From positions 5,603 to 69,602 of the forward strand of contig JAUMXN010000001.1 of NCBI GenBank assembly GCA_030529095.1: a stretch of DNA of 64,000 nucleotides, in the 5' to 3' direction. A program made the position numbers and the translations under genes. Below, piece by piece: positions 49,735 to 59,286 of this stretch (position 1 is its first letter; each line of letters opens with the position of its first letter). The DNA is from Candidatus Saccharimonadota bacterium (lineage in GTDB: Bacteria; Patescibacteriota; Saccharimonadia; Saccharimonadales; Saccharimonadaceae). The notes under the pieces were generated by a model. That model had not been told where the DNA came from. It did no database searches and was given only the letters and a program-made list of their open reading frames with translations.

Positions 49735-50934
49735 TTATGCTTTTTTAGGGCCATAGTAACGTGTCAAAAACTCTTCTTTAAATTCTTCGAAACGATCATC
49801 CAAGATTGATTGACGGATCTCCTCCATCAAGCGCACGGTAAAGCGCACATTATGGATAGAGGCCAAATTCCAATACTGAACCTTTTTTTCTACATCACCA
49901 CTGCGCCACAACGCCCTCAAATCACCTCTGGTCCAACCAGCACGACAGGTTGCGCAGTCGCAATCATGATCGAGCGGCTCAGTAGAACCAGTGAATTTGC
50001 GCAAATTAATATTGCCATCTCTAGTGTAAATCTTGCCATGACGAGCTTCGCGCGTCGGAGCTACACAGTCAAAAGTATCTGCACCCATCTCGACACCAAT
50101 AAAGATGTCATCCGGGTGAGAAAGACCGAGCAAGTGTCTTGGTTTTTCGAACGGCAACTCTTCGGTACACCATCTTAGAATTTCACCAAGTTTCTCTTTT
50201 TCGAGAGCTCCGCCTAGACCATAGCCGTCGAAATCCATCGCGCCAAGCTTCTTAGCTGTAGAACGACGCAAATCCTCCCAACGACCACCTTGTAAAACAC
50301 CGTAAAGATCCTGGTGATAACCGAGGTCATCACAGTGTTTCTTGTGTTCCGCCAGGGAACGCTCAGCCCAACGCTCAGTACGAGCGAGAGATTCAGCACT
50401 CTGATCGTGATCCTTGTCAAAAGGAGTGAGTTCGTCAAAAGCCATGTGAATATTGGCGCCAATCTGACACTGAATTCGCATAGATTCTTCTGGACCGATA
50501 AAGTCTTTTTCTTTGCTTTCTGGATCGGTGAATTCTACACCTTCCTCAGTAACAACAGCATGACATTTATCACCCTCATCTCTGTTGATCTTCACTCCAA
50601 GTTCACGCGTCATTGCTACTTTTTTACCCCAGCCATCGCCAAGCGACATAACCTGGAAACCGCCAGAGTCAGTTACAGTGGGGCCATTCCAGCCAGAATA
50701 CTTAGCAAGGCCACCAGCCGCAGCAATCTCTGCCGCTTTGTTACGAAGATGATAACAGTTCGAAAGCATCGCCTGCGCACCAAGTGCATGCAATTCTTTC
50801 ATACTAATAAAACGAACTTCGCCACCAGTGCCGACCGCTGTAAAAGCTGGCGTCTTGATTTCGCCATGTGCAGTTTTTATTGTACCGATACGGCCAAGAC
50901 CGTTCGACAAAACTTTATCAATCTTAAATTCCAT
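49735..50934 (-). CDS. tgt: tRNA-guanine transglycosylase
   Basis: TDSGGFQ, MAFDE, QGG, KPRHLLG, DTFDCV.PTR, CDCATC...H zinc site. Confidence 0.96.
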   Translation of the reverse strand: MEFKIDKVLSNGLGRIGTIKTAHGEIKTPAFTAVGTGGEVRFISMKELHALGAQAMLSNCYHLRNKAAEIAAAGGLAKYSGWNGPTVTDSGGFQVMSLGDGWGKKVAMTRELGVKINRDEGDKCHAVVTEEGVEFTDPESKEKDFIGPEESMRIQCQIGANIHMAFDELTPFDKDHDQSAESLARTERWAERSLAEHKKHCDDLGYHQDLYGVLQGGRWEDLRRSTAKKLGAMDFDGYGLGGALEKEKLGEILRWCTEELPFEKPRHLLGLSHPDDIFIGVEMGADTFDCVAPTREARHGKIYTRDGNINLRKFTGSTEPLDHDCDCATCRAGWTRGDLRALWRSGDVEKKVQYWNLASIHNVRFTVRLMEEIRQSILDDRFEEFKEEFLTRYYGPKKA

Positions 50935-51110
50935 TCAATCCACTTCCTTTCAAAATCGAGAACTAACCAAAATCTTAAAAAACATGGGCTAGCCCACTCC
51001 GTCTACTATAACACAAAATCACCCCTATTGAAAGCTTAACCGTCATACTGGAAAATATTATACCACGCACCCAAAACCTTTATGATATAATTAACTTGTT
51101 AAGGAGGTAT

Positions 51111-52208
51111 ATGTCAAAACACACTGTAGAAATTGACACCAGAACTATTCTGCGTTTTTGGTTAGTTCTGCTCGCAATCTTAGTTGTAATCTTTTTCTTC
51201 TACAAAGCATTGACCGGCCTCATCATCGTTGGCATTTCGATTTTCTTCGCCATCGCTCTGAAACCCCTAGTTGATCGCCTCAATAAATTCCTCACCAAAC
51301 ATCTCGGCGTCGACAAATCACACCGCACCGCCTCCGCGGCTCTAGCTTATTCCATTATCGTGACTTTTATTATCGCGATTGTCGCCATTGTTGGTCCAGT
51401 TGTGGTTAATGAAACTACCAAATTCGTTCAACAACTACCAACTAAGTTCAACGAAAGTATCGGCGGTTGGGAGGGAATTAACGAATTTGGTCGCGGTATT
51501 GGTATCGAAAATCTCCAAGCCGACATCACCAAAGCCCTAACCGACTTCTCTGGCAATATTGGTTCGGCCGTCGTTTCCAGTATCGGCACCGTGGCAGACT
51601 TAGCCATCAAAGGCGTCTTAATCTTAATTCTCACTCTGTTATTCATGCTCGAAGGACACGAAATCACCGACGCCATCTGGAAAAGCCTCGGTTCTAAAAA
51701 GGAAGACCAAAAGGCCGTCACCGTTGCTAAACGTGTAGTCGCCCGCATGAGCAATGTCATCTCCACCTACGCTTCACGCCAGGTACTTGTCGCCATGCTA
51801 GATGGCAGCTTTACCATGCTTCTCGTCTTCGTCCTTTCGCTCATCTTTAATTTCTCAGCCAGCCTCGCCGTGCCGATGGGGCTCATCGCTTTCGTCTTTT
51901 ATCTCATCCCAATGTTCGGCCAAATCATCAGCGCCTGTCTCGTAGCACTCATTCTTGCTTTTTCTAGCCCAATCGCCGCTATAATCTTTATTGGTGTTTA
52001 CATTATCTACGCCCAGATCGAAAATAACGTCATCGCACCAAAAATCCAAGGCGACGCCTTGAGACTCCCGGCCGTGGCTATCCTTGCCGCTATGGTTATC
52101 GGTATGTATATATTCGGCCTAATCGGTGCCATTATCGCTATCCCGATTGCCGGCTGTATTCGTGTCCTCATCGAAGAATTACCAAACATTAAGTCAATCC
52201 GTGAGTAA
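51111..52208 (+). CDS. AI-2E family transporter
   Basis: IPMFG, QIENNVIAPKI, GLIGAIIAIP. Confidence 0.9.
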   Translation: MSKHTVEIDTRTILRFWLVLLAILVVIFFFYKALTGLIIVGISIFFAIALKPLVDRLNKFLTKHLGVDKSHRTASAALAYSIIVTFIIAIVAIVGPVVVNETTKFVQQLPTKFNESIGGWEGINEFGRGIGIENLQADITKALTDFSGNIGSAVVSSIGTVADLAIKGVLILILTLLFMLEGHEITDAIWKSLGSKKEDQKAVTVAKRVVARMSNVISTYASRQVLVAMLDGSFTMLLVFVLSLIFNFSASLAVPMGLIAFVFYLIPMFGQIISACLVALILAFSSPIAAIIFIGVYIIYAQIENNVIAPKIQGDALRLPAVAILAAMVIGMYIFGLIGAIIAIPIAGCIRVLIEELPNIKSIRE

Positions 52209-52209
52209 T

Positions 52210-53265
52210 ATGCCAAAGAAAAAAAGTCGAACCCGCAAAATCTTATTAACCATACTTTTTGTCGCTATCAACATTACAGTGATCGCTGTCACTGCCTTCT
52301 CGGAATTCGGCAACTCTGAAAACGCCGTCAAATTCAGTGAAGTTAAATTTAATTTTTGGTTCTTGATTCCAGCTATCATAGCGTTCGCCATTGCGCTTTG
52401 CCTTGAGATTCGTAAATTCTTAATGGTAATGAAGAAGACCTGCGGATTCAAAACTCGCGCCGAGCTCAAAAAAGCCCACAAAGATGCTCGCCGCACCATC
52501 TTAATTGGCCGCTATTACGACAATATCACACCAGCTGCTATCGGCGGCCAGCCTTTCCAAATTTATTACATGAATAAAAATGCCGGAGTAAGTGGCGGCC
52601 TCGCCACCACTATTCCAATCATTAGTATGATTTCTGGCCAAATCGGCTTCTTGATCGTAGCAGCAATCTGTTTCTCGCTTGGCAGCATCTCTATTAATAA
52701 CGCTCCGCTTATCGCCGCCGCCTGTTTTGGCTTGCTTTTCTATGCCTTCTGGCCAATCGCCGTTTTAATTGCTACCTTCTTACCAAAAACCACCACCGAA
52801 ATCATCACACTAGGCGTCAAACTGCTCGCCAAACTTCATATCATCAAAGACAAAGCTGCTGCCATTAAAAAAGCCGAGCACGGCGTTAACGAATACGCTC
52901 GCTGCGTGAAATTAATTCTAAAAACCCGCGGACTATTCCTAAAAACTATCCTGATGTCCGTCGTATTTCACGTATTAATCTCATCCATTCCGTTCTTCGT
53001 CTTGCACGCCTTTGGCGCTAATATTGACTTTATCCCATGCTTTGTTTCCGTGGTCGCGGTTACCTCAGCTGTATACTTCATCCCAACCCCAGGCAACGCC
53101 GGCGCCGCCGAGGGCACCTTCTATGTCGTCTTTTCCGCCCTCTCATCTGGCTACATCTTCTGGGCCATGCTCGTCTGGCGCTTCTTCTCATATTACGCCT
53201 ACATCATCTTCGGTGGTTTCACCTACCTCATGATGCACTTCGACAAGAGCGTCAAAAAACGCTAG
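52210..53265 (+). CDS. Lysylphosphatidylglycerol-synthase TM-domain (UPF0104, flippase-like) protein
   Basis: NITPAAIGGQP, PTPGNAGAAEG, WRFFSYY. Confidence 0.85.
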   Translation: MPKKKSRTRKILLTILFVAINITVIAVTAFSEFGNSENAVKFSEVKFNFWFLIPAIIAFAIALCLEIRKFLMVMKKTCGFKTRAELKKAHKDARRTILIGRYYDNITPAAIGGQPFQIYYMNKNAGVSGGLATTIPIISMISGQIGFLIVAAICFSLGSISINNAPLIAAACFGLLFYAFWPIAVLIATFLPKTTTEIITLGVKLLAKLHIIKDKAAAIKKAEHGVNEYARCVKLILKTRGLFLKTILMSVVFHVLISSIPFFVLHAFGANIDFIPCFVSVVAVTSAVYFIPTPGNAGAAEGTFYVVFSALSSGYIFWAMLVWRFFSYYAYIIFGGFTYLMMHFDKSVKKR

Positions 53266-53334
53266 GCTATTGTCTTTTCAGGGAAAATATTGTATAATTA
53301 AGCTAATCTTGTACCATGGAGGAGGTGAGTATGC

Positions 53335-53754
53335 ATGGGGAAGATCGTAATCGTACCCGAGGAAGAACGGGTCAACAAGAATCGAATCTTTGAAATCCTA
53401 AAAGCGGGGCTAATCCCCAGGAGCAAAGACTCAAAACAACTCCAAAGTATCTTTTCGGACATCATCGATAATGAACGTCTATCAAAAAAATACAAGGAGA
53501 AACAATTCTACGCAAGGCAAATCACGACCGGAACGGAAGGAACAAGCTATTTATCGGTTTACTTCTACTACGATTCGGCCAGTACCAATGAGCCGTTCGC
53601 GTGGATGAGCATCTTTTATTGTAATAAAGGAATAATCGAAAAATTATTCGGGGCCCAATTTTCGCAAAAGGACAACGTCACAGAAATGCTCATCGAAAAG
53701 GTCATCCAAGTTCCACTATCCATGTGGATAGACGACCTAAAGAAATTAGGATAA
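53335..53754 (+). CDS. Hypothetical (orphan) protein
   Basis: SD GGAGGAGGTGA, TATAAT upstream, terminator 53755-53791. Confidence 0.75.
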   Translation: MGKIVIVPEEERVNKNRIFEILKAGLIPRSKDSKQLQSIFSDIIDNERLSKKYKEKQFYARQITTGTEGTSYLSVYFYYDSASTNEPFAWMSIFYCNKGIIEKLFGAQFSQKDNVTEMLIEKVIQVPLSMWIDDLKKLG

Positions 53755-53831
53755 GCAGCGACACATCATCTTCTTCCAGTCGCTGCTTTTTCATTGAAAA
53801 AACTCGTTTAAAGCATTATAATTAAAGCTCA

Positions 53832-55586
53832 ATGTTGAGGTTATTCAGATTTCTAAAACCCTATATTTTGCAGATTATTGTGCTGCTTCTTTCGACAGCT
53901 CTACAGGTTTATTGTACGCTGCGTCTACCAGCACTTATGGCCGACATCATTAATAACGGCATCGTGCCAGGCGACACTGACCATATTTGGCAAGCCGGGC
54001 TTTTGATGCTTGGTCTTGCCGTGCTTTCGGCGGTTGGCGCACTGGTTTCTAATTTCTTTGCCGCCCACATTGGTTCAAACTTTGCCAAAGATTTGCGCCG
54101 CGCTGTTTTCAAAAAAGTCATTAGTCTGGATCTTGTAGATACTAAAACTTTTAGCACCGCCTCACTCATTACTCGTACTACCAACGATATTAACCAAGTC
54201 CAGCAGGCTACTATCATGATTTTGTCAATGCTAGTGCGTGCACCGATGTTCTGCATTATTGCGCTCATCATGGCATTTGAAACTGCACCGGATATGACCT
54301 GGATTATCGCTGTCGCTGCGGGCGCCATTTTGCTCTCCGTCTTTACCATCATGCTGCTCGTAGTACCAAAATTCAAAATTTTCCAAAAATTGCTCGACAA
54401 GCTCACCCTCCTCACGCGCGAAAATCTTACTGGGCTTCGCGTGATTCGCGCTTTTAACAAAGAACAATACGAGCAAGACAAATTCAACAAAGAAAATGAT
54501 CGTATGACCAAGTTGATTATCTTTATTGAAAAAATTCTCAACTTACAAAATCCTTTAATCAACATAGTTTTTAACGCGATGACTTTACTCTGCTCATGGG
54601 TCGGCATCTCGCTACTTCAAAAAGACATTGCGTATCTGGGAAATATGAGTGCTTTTGCCCAATACGTCGGTCAAGTGATGATTTCATTTCTTTTACTCTC
54701 GATCCTTTTCATCATGCTCCCGCGTGCTAACGTTTCAGCTGGACGCATCAACGAAGTACTAAAAACCGCACCAAAGATTCATTGGAAGAAAAATACCAAC
54801 GGTACGCCAAGTAAAACGCCATCCGTTGAGTTTAAGAATGTTGATTTTACCTATGAAAAAGCTGAAGAAAAAGTTTTGTCCAATATTTCGTTCCGTGCCG
54901 AGGTTGGCAAGACCACCGCGCTCATCGGCTCGACCGGTTCTGGCAAATCCACTTTAATCAATTTGGTGCCGCGTTTCTTTGAAGCCACCAGCGGCGAGAT
55001 TTTAATTAACGATTTAAACATCAAAGACTACTCTCGCGAAGATTTGATGAAGTTAATTGGCTTTGTGCCGCAGCGCGGCATGCTATTTTCCGGCAGCGTC
55101 AAAGAAAATATTGCCTTTGGCGCACCAAACGCTTCGATGGAAGATATTAAAGCGGCCGCCAAAATTGCTCAAGCCGACGATTTTATCAAGAAGCTGCCAA
55201 AAGACTATAACTACCACATCGCGCAAGGTGGCACCAACGTTTCGGGTGGCCAAAAACAGCGCCTTTCCATCGCTCGCGCCATTTGCAAAAAACCAAGCAT
55301 TCTAGTGTTCGACGATTCATTCTCGGCGCTCGACATGAAAACTGATGCCAAACTACGCCAGGCCTTAAAGCCGCTAGCCAAAGATTCCGCAACCTTAATT
55401 GTGGCGCAGCGCGTCAGCACCATCAAAGATGCCGACCAAATCATCGTGCTAGATAAAGGCAAAATCGTTGGCAAAGGCACACACCACGAACTTCTCAAGT
55501 CCTGCGAAATTTATCAAGAAATTGTGAAGTCGCAAATCTCCGAAGCAGAATATAAGAAAGAATTGGAGGAGGCACGCCATGCCTAA
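53832..55586 (+). CDS. Heterodimeric ABC exporter, degenerate subunit (TM287/EfrA-like)
   Basis: TMD+NBD, GSTGSGKS, VSGGQ, degenerate Walker B FDDS and switch AQR. Confidence 0.92.
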   Translation: MLRLFRFLKPYILQIIVLLLSTALQVYCTLRLPALMADIINNGIVPGDTDHIWQAGLLMLGLAVLSAVGALVSNFFAAHIGSNFAKDLRRAVFKKVISLDLVDTKTFSTASLITRTTNDINQVQQATIMILSMLVRAPMFCIIALIMAFETAPDMTWIIAVAAGAILLSVFTIMLLVVPKFKIFQKLLDKLTLLTRENLTGLRVIRAFNKEQYEQDKFNKENDRMTKLIIFIEKILNLQNPLINIVFNAMTLLCSWVGISLLQKDIAYLGNMSAFAQYVGQVMISFLLLSILFIMLPRANVSAGRINEVLKTAPKIHWKKNTNGTPSKTPSVEFKNVDFTYEKAEEKVLSNISFRAEVGKTTALIGSTGSGKSTLINLVPRFFEATSGEILINDLNIKDYSREDLMKLIGFVPQRGMLFSGSVKENIAFGAPNASMEDIKAAAKIAQADDFIKKLPKDYNYHIAQGGTNVSGGQKQRLSIARAICKKPSILVFDDSFSALDMKTDAKLRQALKPLAKDSATLIVAQRVSTIKDADQIIVLDKGKIVGKGTHHELLKSCEIYQEIVKSQISEAEYKKELEEARHA

Positions 55587-57357
55587 GCCAACTACTCCAG
55601 CCGCCAAAGCCAAAAACACCAAGCTCGCCTTTAAGAGCCTCGTGCATTCTCTGAGGCCATACCGCGTCGCCGTCGTCTTTGCTATCATTCTTTCTGTCGC
55701 CGCTGCCGTCACCGGGCTTTTCACGCCAAAAATACTCGGTGAGATGACTGATGTCGCCAAAGACACCCTCGCCACCGGCTTAGACTGGAGCACTCTCGGC
55801 CAAAAAGCTTTGCTCATTATCTTCTTATTTATTATGTCCGGACTTTTGACTTATATTCAGTCCTGCATCCTCACCGTTGTCACTGCCAAATACACCAGGT
55901 CGCTCCGCACAGCAATCATCGAAAAAATCTCTCGTTTACCAATCAGCTATTTCGACAATCATCAATTCGGTGACGTCTTATCGCGCATGTCAAACGACGT
56001 TGATATTATCGCCATGAACTTGCGTCAGGAAATTGCCGACCTGTCGTTTAATATCATCACAATTATCGGCGTTATCGTTATTATGGCGATGACTTCTGTA
56101 CCGCTACTTTTGATCTCACTCGTAGTTGTTGTTTCGTCGATTTTAGTCGTCGGCAAAATCGCCGCTTTCGCCCAAAAATATTTCCGTAAACAACAAACTA
56201 TCCTTGGCGAATTAAACAGTAAAATCGAAGAAAGCTATTCCGGTCAAATCGTCATCAAGTCTAGCTTCCACGAAACCGCAACTTTAGATGATTTCGACGA
56301 AACCAACAAGAAGCTCGCCAAAACTACCTTTAAAGCCCAAGTTTGTTCAATGCTCGCAATCCCAGTCACTCACATTTTTACCAACCTCGGCTACGTTGTG
56401 ACTTGTATTGTCGGTGGATATTTCGTACTTGAAGGTCGCATTAGCCTTGGCGACATCCAAGCCTTTATTCAGTACGTCACGCGCTTCAACCGCCCAATCA
56501 ACGAAGTTGCTTCGATTACTTCCACCATCCAATCAGTGCTCGCCGCCACAGAACGCATTTTTGAATTCTTAAACGAACCGGAAGAAGAATCAGATCCAGT
56601 CGACGCCAAAACTATCGAAAAAGTCACCGGCGCCGTCGAATTTCATAACGTCAGCTTTAGTTACGACAAAGAGCATCCGATTATTAAAAACTTCTCCGCC
56701 AAAATCGCACCGGGTCAGCAAGTCGCCATCGTCGGCCCAACTGGCGCCGGCAAAACTACGATTATTAATCTTTTAATGCGTTTTTACGAACCAGACTCCG
56801 GCTATATCACTATTGACGACGTCCCGACCAGGGAATTAAAACGCGCCGACGTGCGCAAAATGTTTGGTATGGTTTTGCAAGACACTTGGCTATTCTCCGG
56901 CACCATCGCCGAAAATCTTAAATACGGCAACGCCGAGGTTAGCGACGAAGAAGTTGTCCGCGCCGCCAAAGCATCCAATGTCCACCACGTCATCGAATCG
57001 CTCAGCCATGGCTACCAAACCATCATCGACGAGGACTCCGACAATATTTCTTCTGGCGAAAAACAGCTCCTTACTATCGCGCGTGTCGTCGCCGCTAACC
57101 CACAAATGATCATCCTAGACGAAGCCACCTCAAACGTCGATACTCGCACCGAGCACCTCGTGCAGGCTGCCTTCGAAAAGATTACCAAGGGCCGCACTTC
57201 GTTCGTCATCGCCCACCGCTTATCTACCATCCGCAATGCCGACTTGATTCTTGTCATGAAAGACGGCAACATCGTAGAGCAGGGCAACCATATTGAGCTT
57301 TTGAAGAAAAACGGCTTCTACGCCGAGCTTTATAATTCTCAATTTGCAGACAATTAA
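55579..57357 (+). CDS. Heterodimeric ABC exporter, consensus subunit (TM288/EfrB-like)
   Basis: GPTGAGKT, ISSGE, ILDEATS, IAHRLSTI. Confidence 0.92.
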   Translation: MPKPTTPAAKAKNTKLAFKSLVHSLRPYRVAVVFAIILSVAAAVTGLFTPKILGEMTDVAKDTLATGLDWSTLGQKALLIIFLFIMSGLLTYIQSCILTVVTAKYTRSLRTAIIEKISRLPISYFDNHQFGDVLSRMSNDVDIIAMNLRQEIADLSFNIITIIGVIVIMAMTSVPLLLISLVVVVSSILVVGKIAAFAQKYFRKQQTILGELNSKIEESYSGQIVIKSSFHETATLDDFDETNKKLAKTTFKAQVCSMLAIPVTHIFTNLGYVVTCIVGGYFVLEGRISLGDIQAFIQYVTRFNRPINEVASITSTIQSVLAATERIFEFLNEPEEESDPVDAKTIEKVTGAVEFHNVSFSYDKEHPIIKNFSAKIAPGQQVAIVGPTGAGKTTIINLLMRFYEPDSGYITIDDVPTRELKRADVRKMFGMVLQDTWLFSGTIAENLKYGNAEVSDEEVVRAAKASNVHHVIESLSHGYQTIIDEDSDNISSGEKQLLTIARVVAANPQMIILDEATSNVDTRTEHLVQAAFEKITKGRTSFVIAHRLSTIRNADLILVMKDGNIVEQGNHIELLKKNGFYAELYNSQFADN

Positions 57358-57380
57358 ATCTCCAGTGCTATAATAAAACC

Positions 57381-57992
57381 ATGTATATAGTGATTGAAGG
57401 GCAGGATGCTACTGGCAAATCAACGCAGGTTGAATTGCTTGCCGAATACCTTAAAAAAACCGGCAAACCGGTTATTACCATGCACGAACCAGACGGCGAT
57501 CTTGAATCCGCCCATGAGCTCCGCCGCATTATCAAGGACAAAAAATACAATCTCGAGCCATTCACACACGTTCTATTATTCACGGCTGCTCGTCAAGAAC
57601 TCTGGCGCAAACTCGCCGAACCAGTCTTGAAAAAAGGCGGCTACGTAATCTCTGCTCGCAACTGGTGGTCTACGCTCGCCTACCAAGGCTATGGCCAAGG
57701 CGTTTCGCGCAGCAAAATCATCCGCGTCACCAAAGAATCAATGCCGGAACCATACGTCAACCCAGACCGCTCCGCAATTTTAACTTTGCCAGACGAAGAG
57801 CGTTTTGCTCGCCAAAGCGGCCGCGACGACAACTCCAAAAACGATACTTTTGAATCAAAATCAATGGATTTTCAGCACAAAGTCGACAAAGCCTACGTCA
57901 GCATCGCCAAGGATTTTAATATTCCAATTATTGACGCCAGCCCATCCATTGAAGAAATCCACACCGAACTTATAAAGCTTTTTGGACTCTAA
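57381..57992 (+). CDS. tmk: Thymidylate kinase
   Basis: IEGQDATGKSTQ, HEP, LFTAAR, STLAYQG. Confidence 0.93.
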   Translation: MYIVIEGQDATGKSTQVELLAEYLKKTGKPVITMHEPDGDLESAHELRRIIKDKKYNLEPFTHVLLFTAARQELWRKLAEPVLKKGGYVISARNWWSTLAYQGYGQGVSRSKIIRVTKESMPEPYVNPDRSAILTLPDEERFARQSGRDDNSKNDTFESKSMDFQHKVDKAYVSIAKDFNIPIIDASPSIEEIHTELIKLFGL

Positions 57993-57993
57993 A

Positions 57994-58641
57994 ATGCATC
58001 CGTCCTGGAAACCATTTCTAGACTCCGAGTTCGCTAAACCATATTTTAAAGAACTGGCTGATTTTTTGCACGAAGCCTACAAAACTAAACAAATTTTTCC
58101 CGCCAAAACCCAGGTCTTTAAGGCCTTCACGACCGACCTAAACGAAGTCAAAGTTGTGATTATTGGCCAAGACCCATATCACACACCAGGCGCCGCCATG
58201 GGCCTCGCCTTTTCAGTACCAGACCGTGCACCGGTGCCACCATCGCTCATCAATATTTATAAAGAAATTGACAGTGATATTGGCCATCACGCCAACAAAA
58301 CCGGCAATTTAATTAGCTGGCAAAACCAAGGCGTACTTTTGCTTAATAATGTTCTTACCGTCGAGGCCCACAAGGCCGGCAGCCACCGCGGCAAAGGCTG
58401 GGAAATTTTCACCGAAGCCACCATCAAATATTTAAACGATACCAAAGAAAATCTCGTCTTTATTTTATGGGGTCGCGACGCACGTAGTAAAAAATCTCTT
58501 ATTGATACATCCAGACATTTAGTCCTAGAATCCGCCCACCCATCGCCACTTTCGGCTCACAACGGATTCTTTGGTAGCAAACCGTTCTCAAAAACCAACG
58601 CCTACTTAGAGGCGCATGGCTTTAAGAAAGTTGATTGGTAA
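57994..58641 (+). CDS. ung: Uracil-DNA glycosylase (family 1)
   Basis: GQDPYH, GLAFS, PPSL, GVLLLN, HPSPLS. Confidence 0.97.
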   Translation: MHPSWKPFLDSEFAKPYFKELADFLHEAYKTKQIFPAKTQVFKAFTTDLNEVKVVIIGQDPYHTPGAAMGLAFSVPDRAPVPPSLINIYKEIDSDIGHHANKTGNLISWQNQGVLLLNNVLTVEAHKAGSHRGKGWEIFTEATIKYLNDTKENLVFILWGRDARSKKSLIDTSRHLVLESAHPSPLSAHNGFFGSKPFSKTNAYLEAHGFKKVDW

Positions 58642-58642
58642 T

Positions 58643-59191
58643 TTAGAGCCAACTTTTTAGTTTTTTGTATTCTTCAGAATCTTTCGGATAGGATTCGAGG
58701 ATTTCCTCAACATAAGTTTTGCCATTTGTAATATTGTAAGTTTTTACTTCTGGCATTGAAGCGAGCAAGCGTACAACGGCTTCGTCCGATTCGTAATTAG
58801 TCATTGATTTGCTTGGATCGGTTTTGTAGGAATTAACCCTAAACTGTTTGTAAACGAAACGCTTGATACCAGCTTGTAAGCAGTATTTGAGGCAGTTATC
58901 ACAAGTAGCCATCAAGTTATAAATCGTACAATCTTTTAGGTCGCGATGTGCGAACAAAATTGCGTTCATTTCGGAATGAGTCGAGAAATGGTATTTCATT
59001 GGACGCTCAGAAAGCGTCATTTTGGACTCGTCAGCCCCGCGAATCAAACCATTATAACCCATCGACACCACACGGTGATCCGGATCAACAATTACGCAGC
59101 CGTTCTTGCTGACCGGGTCCTTGGATTTAAGCGCAGCAGTTTCGGCAATTTTCATGAAATATTCATCCCAGCCTTGTTGTTTCTTATCCAT
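58643..59191 (-). CDS. dCMP deaminase family protein
   Basis: WDEYFM, SKDP, GYNG, HSEMNA, CDNC. Confidence 0.92.
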   Translation of the reverse strand: MDKKQQGWDEYFMKIAETAALKSKDPVSKNGCVIVDPDHRVVSMGYNGLIRGADESKMTLSERPMKYHFSTHSEMNAILFAHRDLKDCTIYNLMATCDNCLKYCLQAGIKRFVYKQFRVNSYKTDPSKSMTNYESDEAVVRLLASMPEVKTYNITNGKTYVEEILESYPKDSEEYKKLKSWL

Positions 59192-59286
59192 TTTTCCTCC
59201 GTTTTAACTCATTATAACACGCTATGGGTTGATTTCTGATTCAAATATGCTAACAATCGCGGCGTCAATTAAACAAGGAGAGAAGT

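Noticed and set aside
50935-51010. preQ1 riboswitch upstream of tgt
   Set aside because: Only a short GTGGGCTAGCCCAT palindrome is present, with no preQ1 consensus
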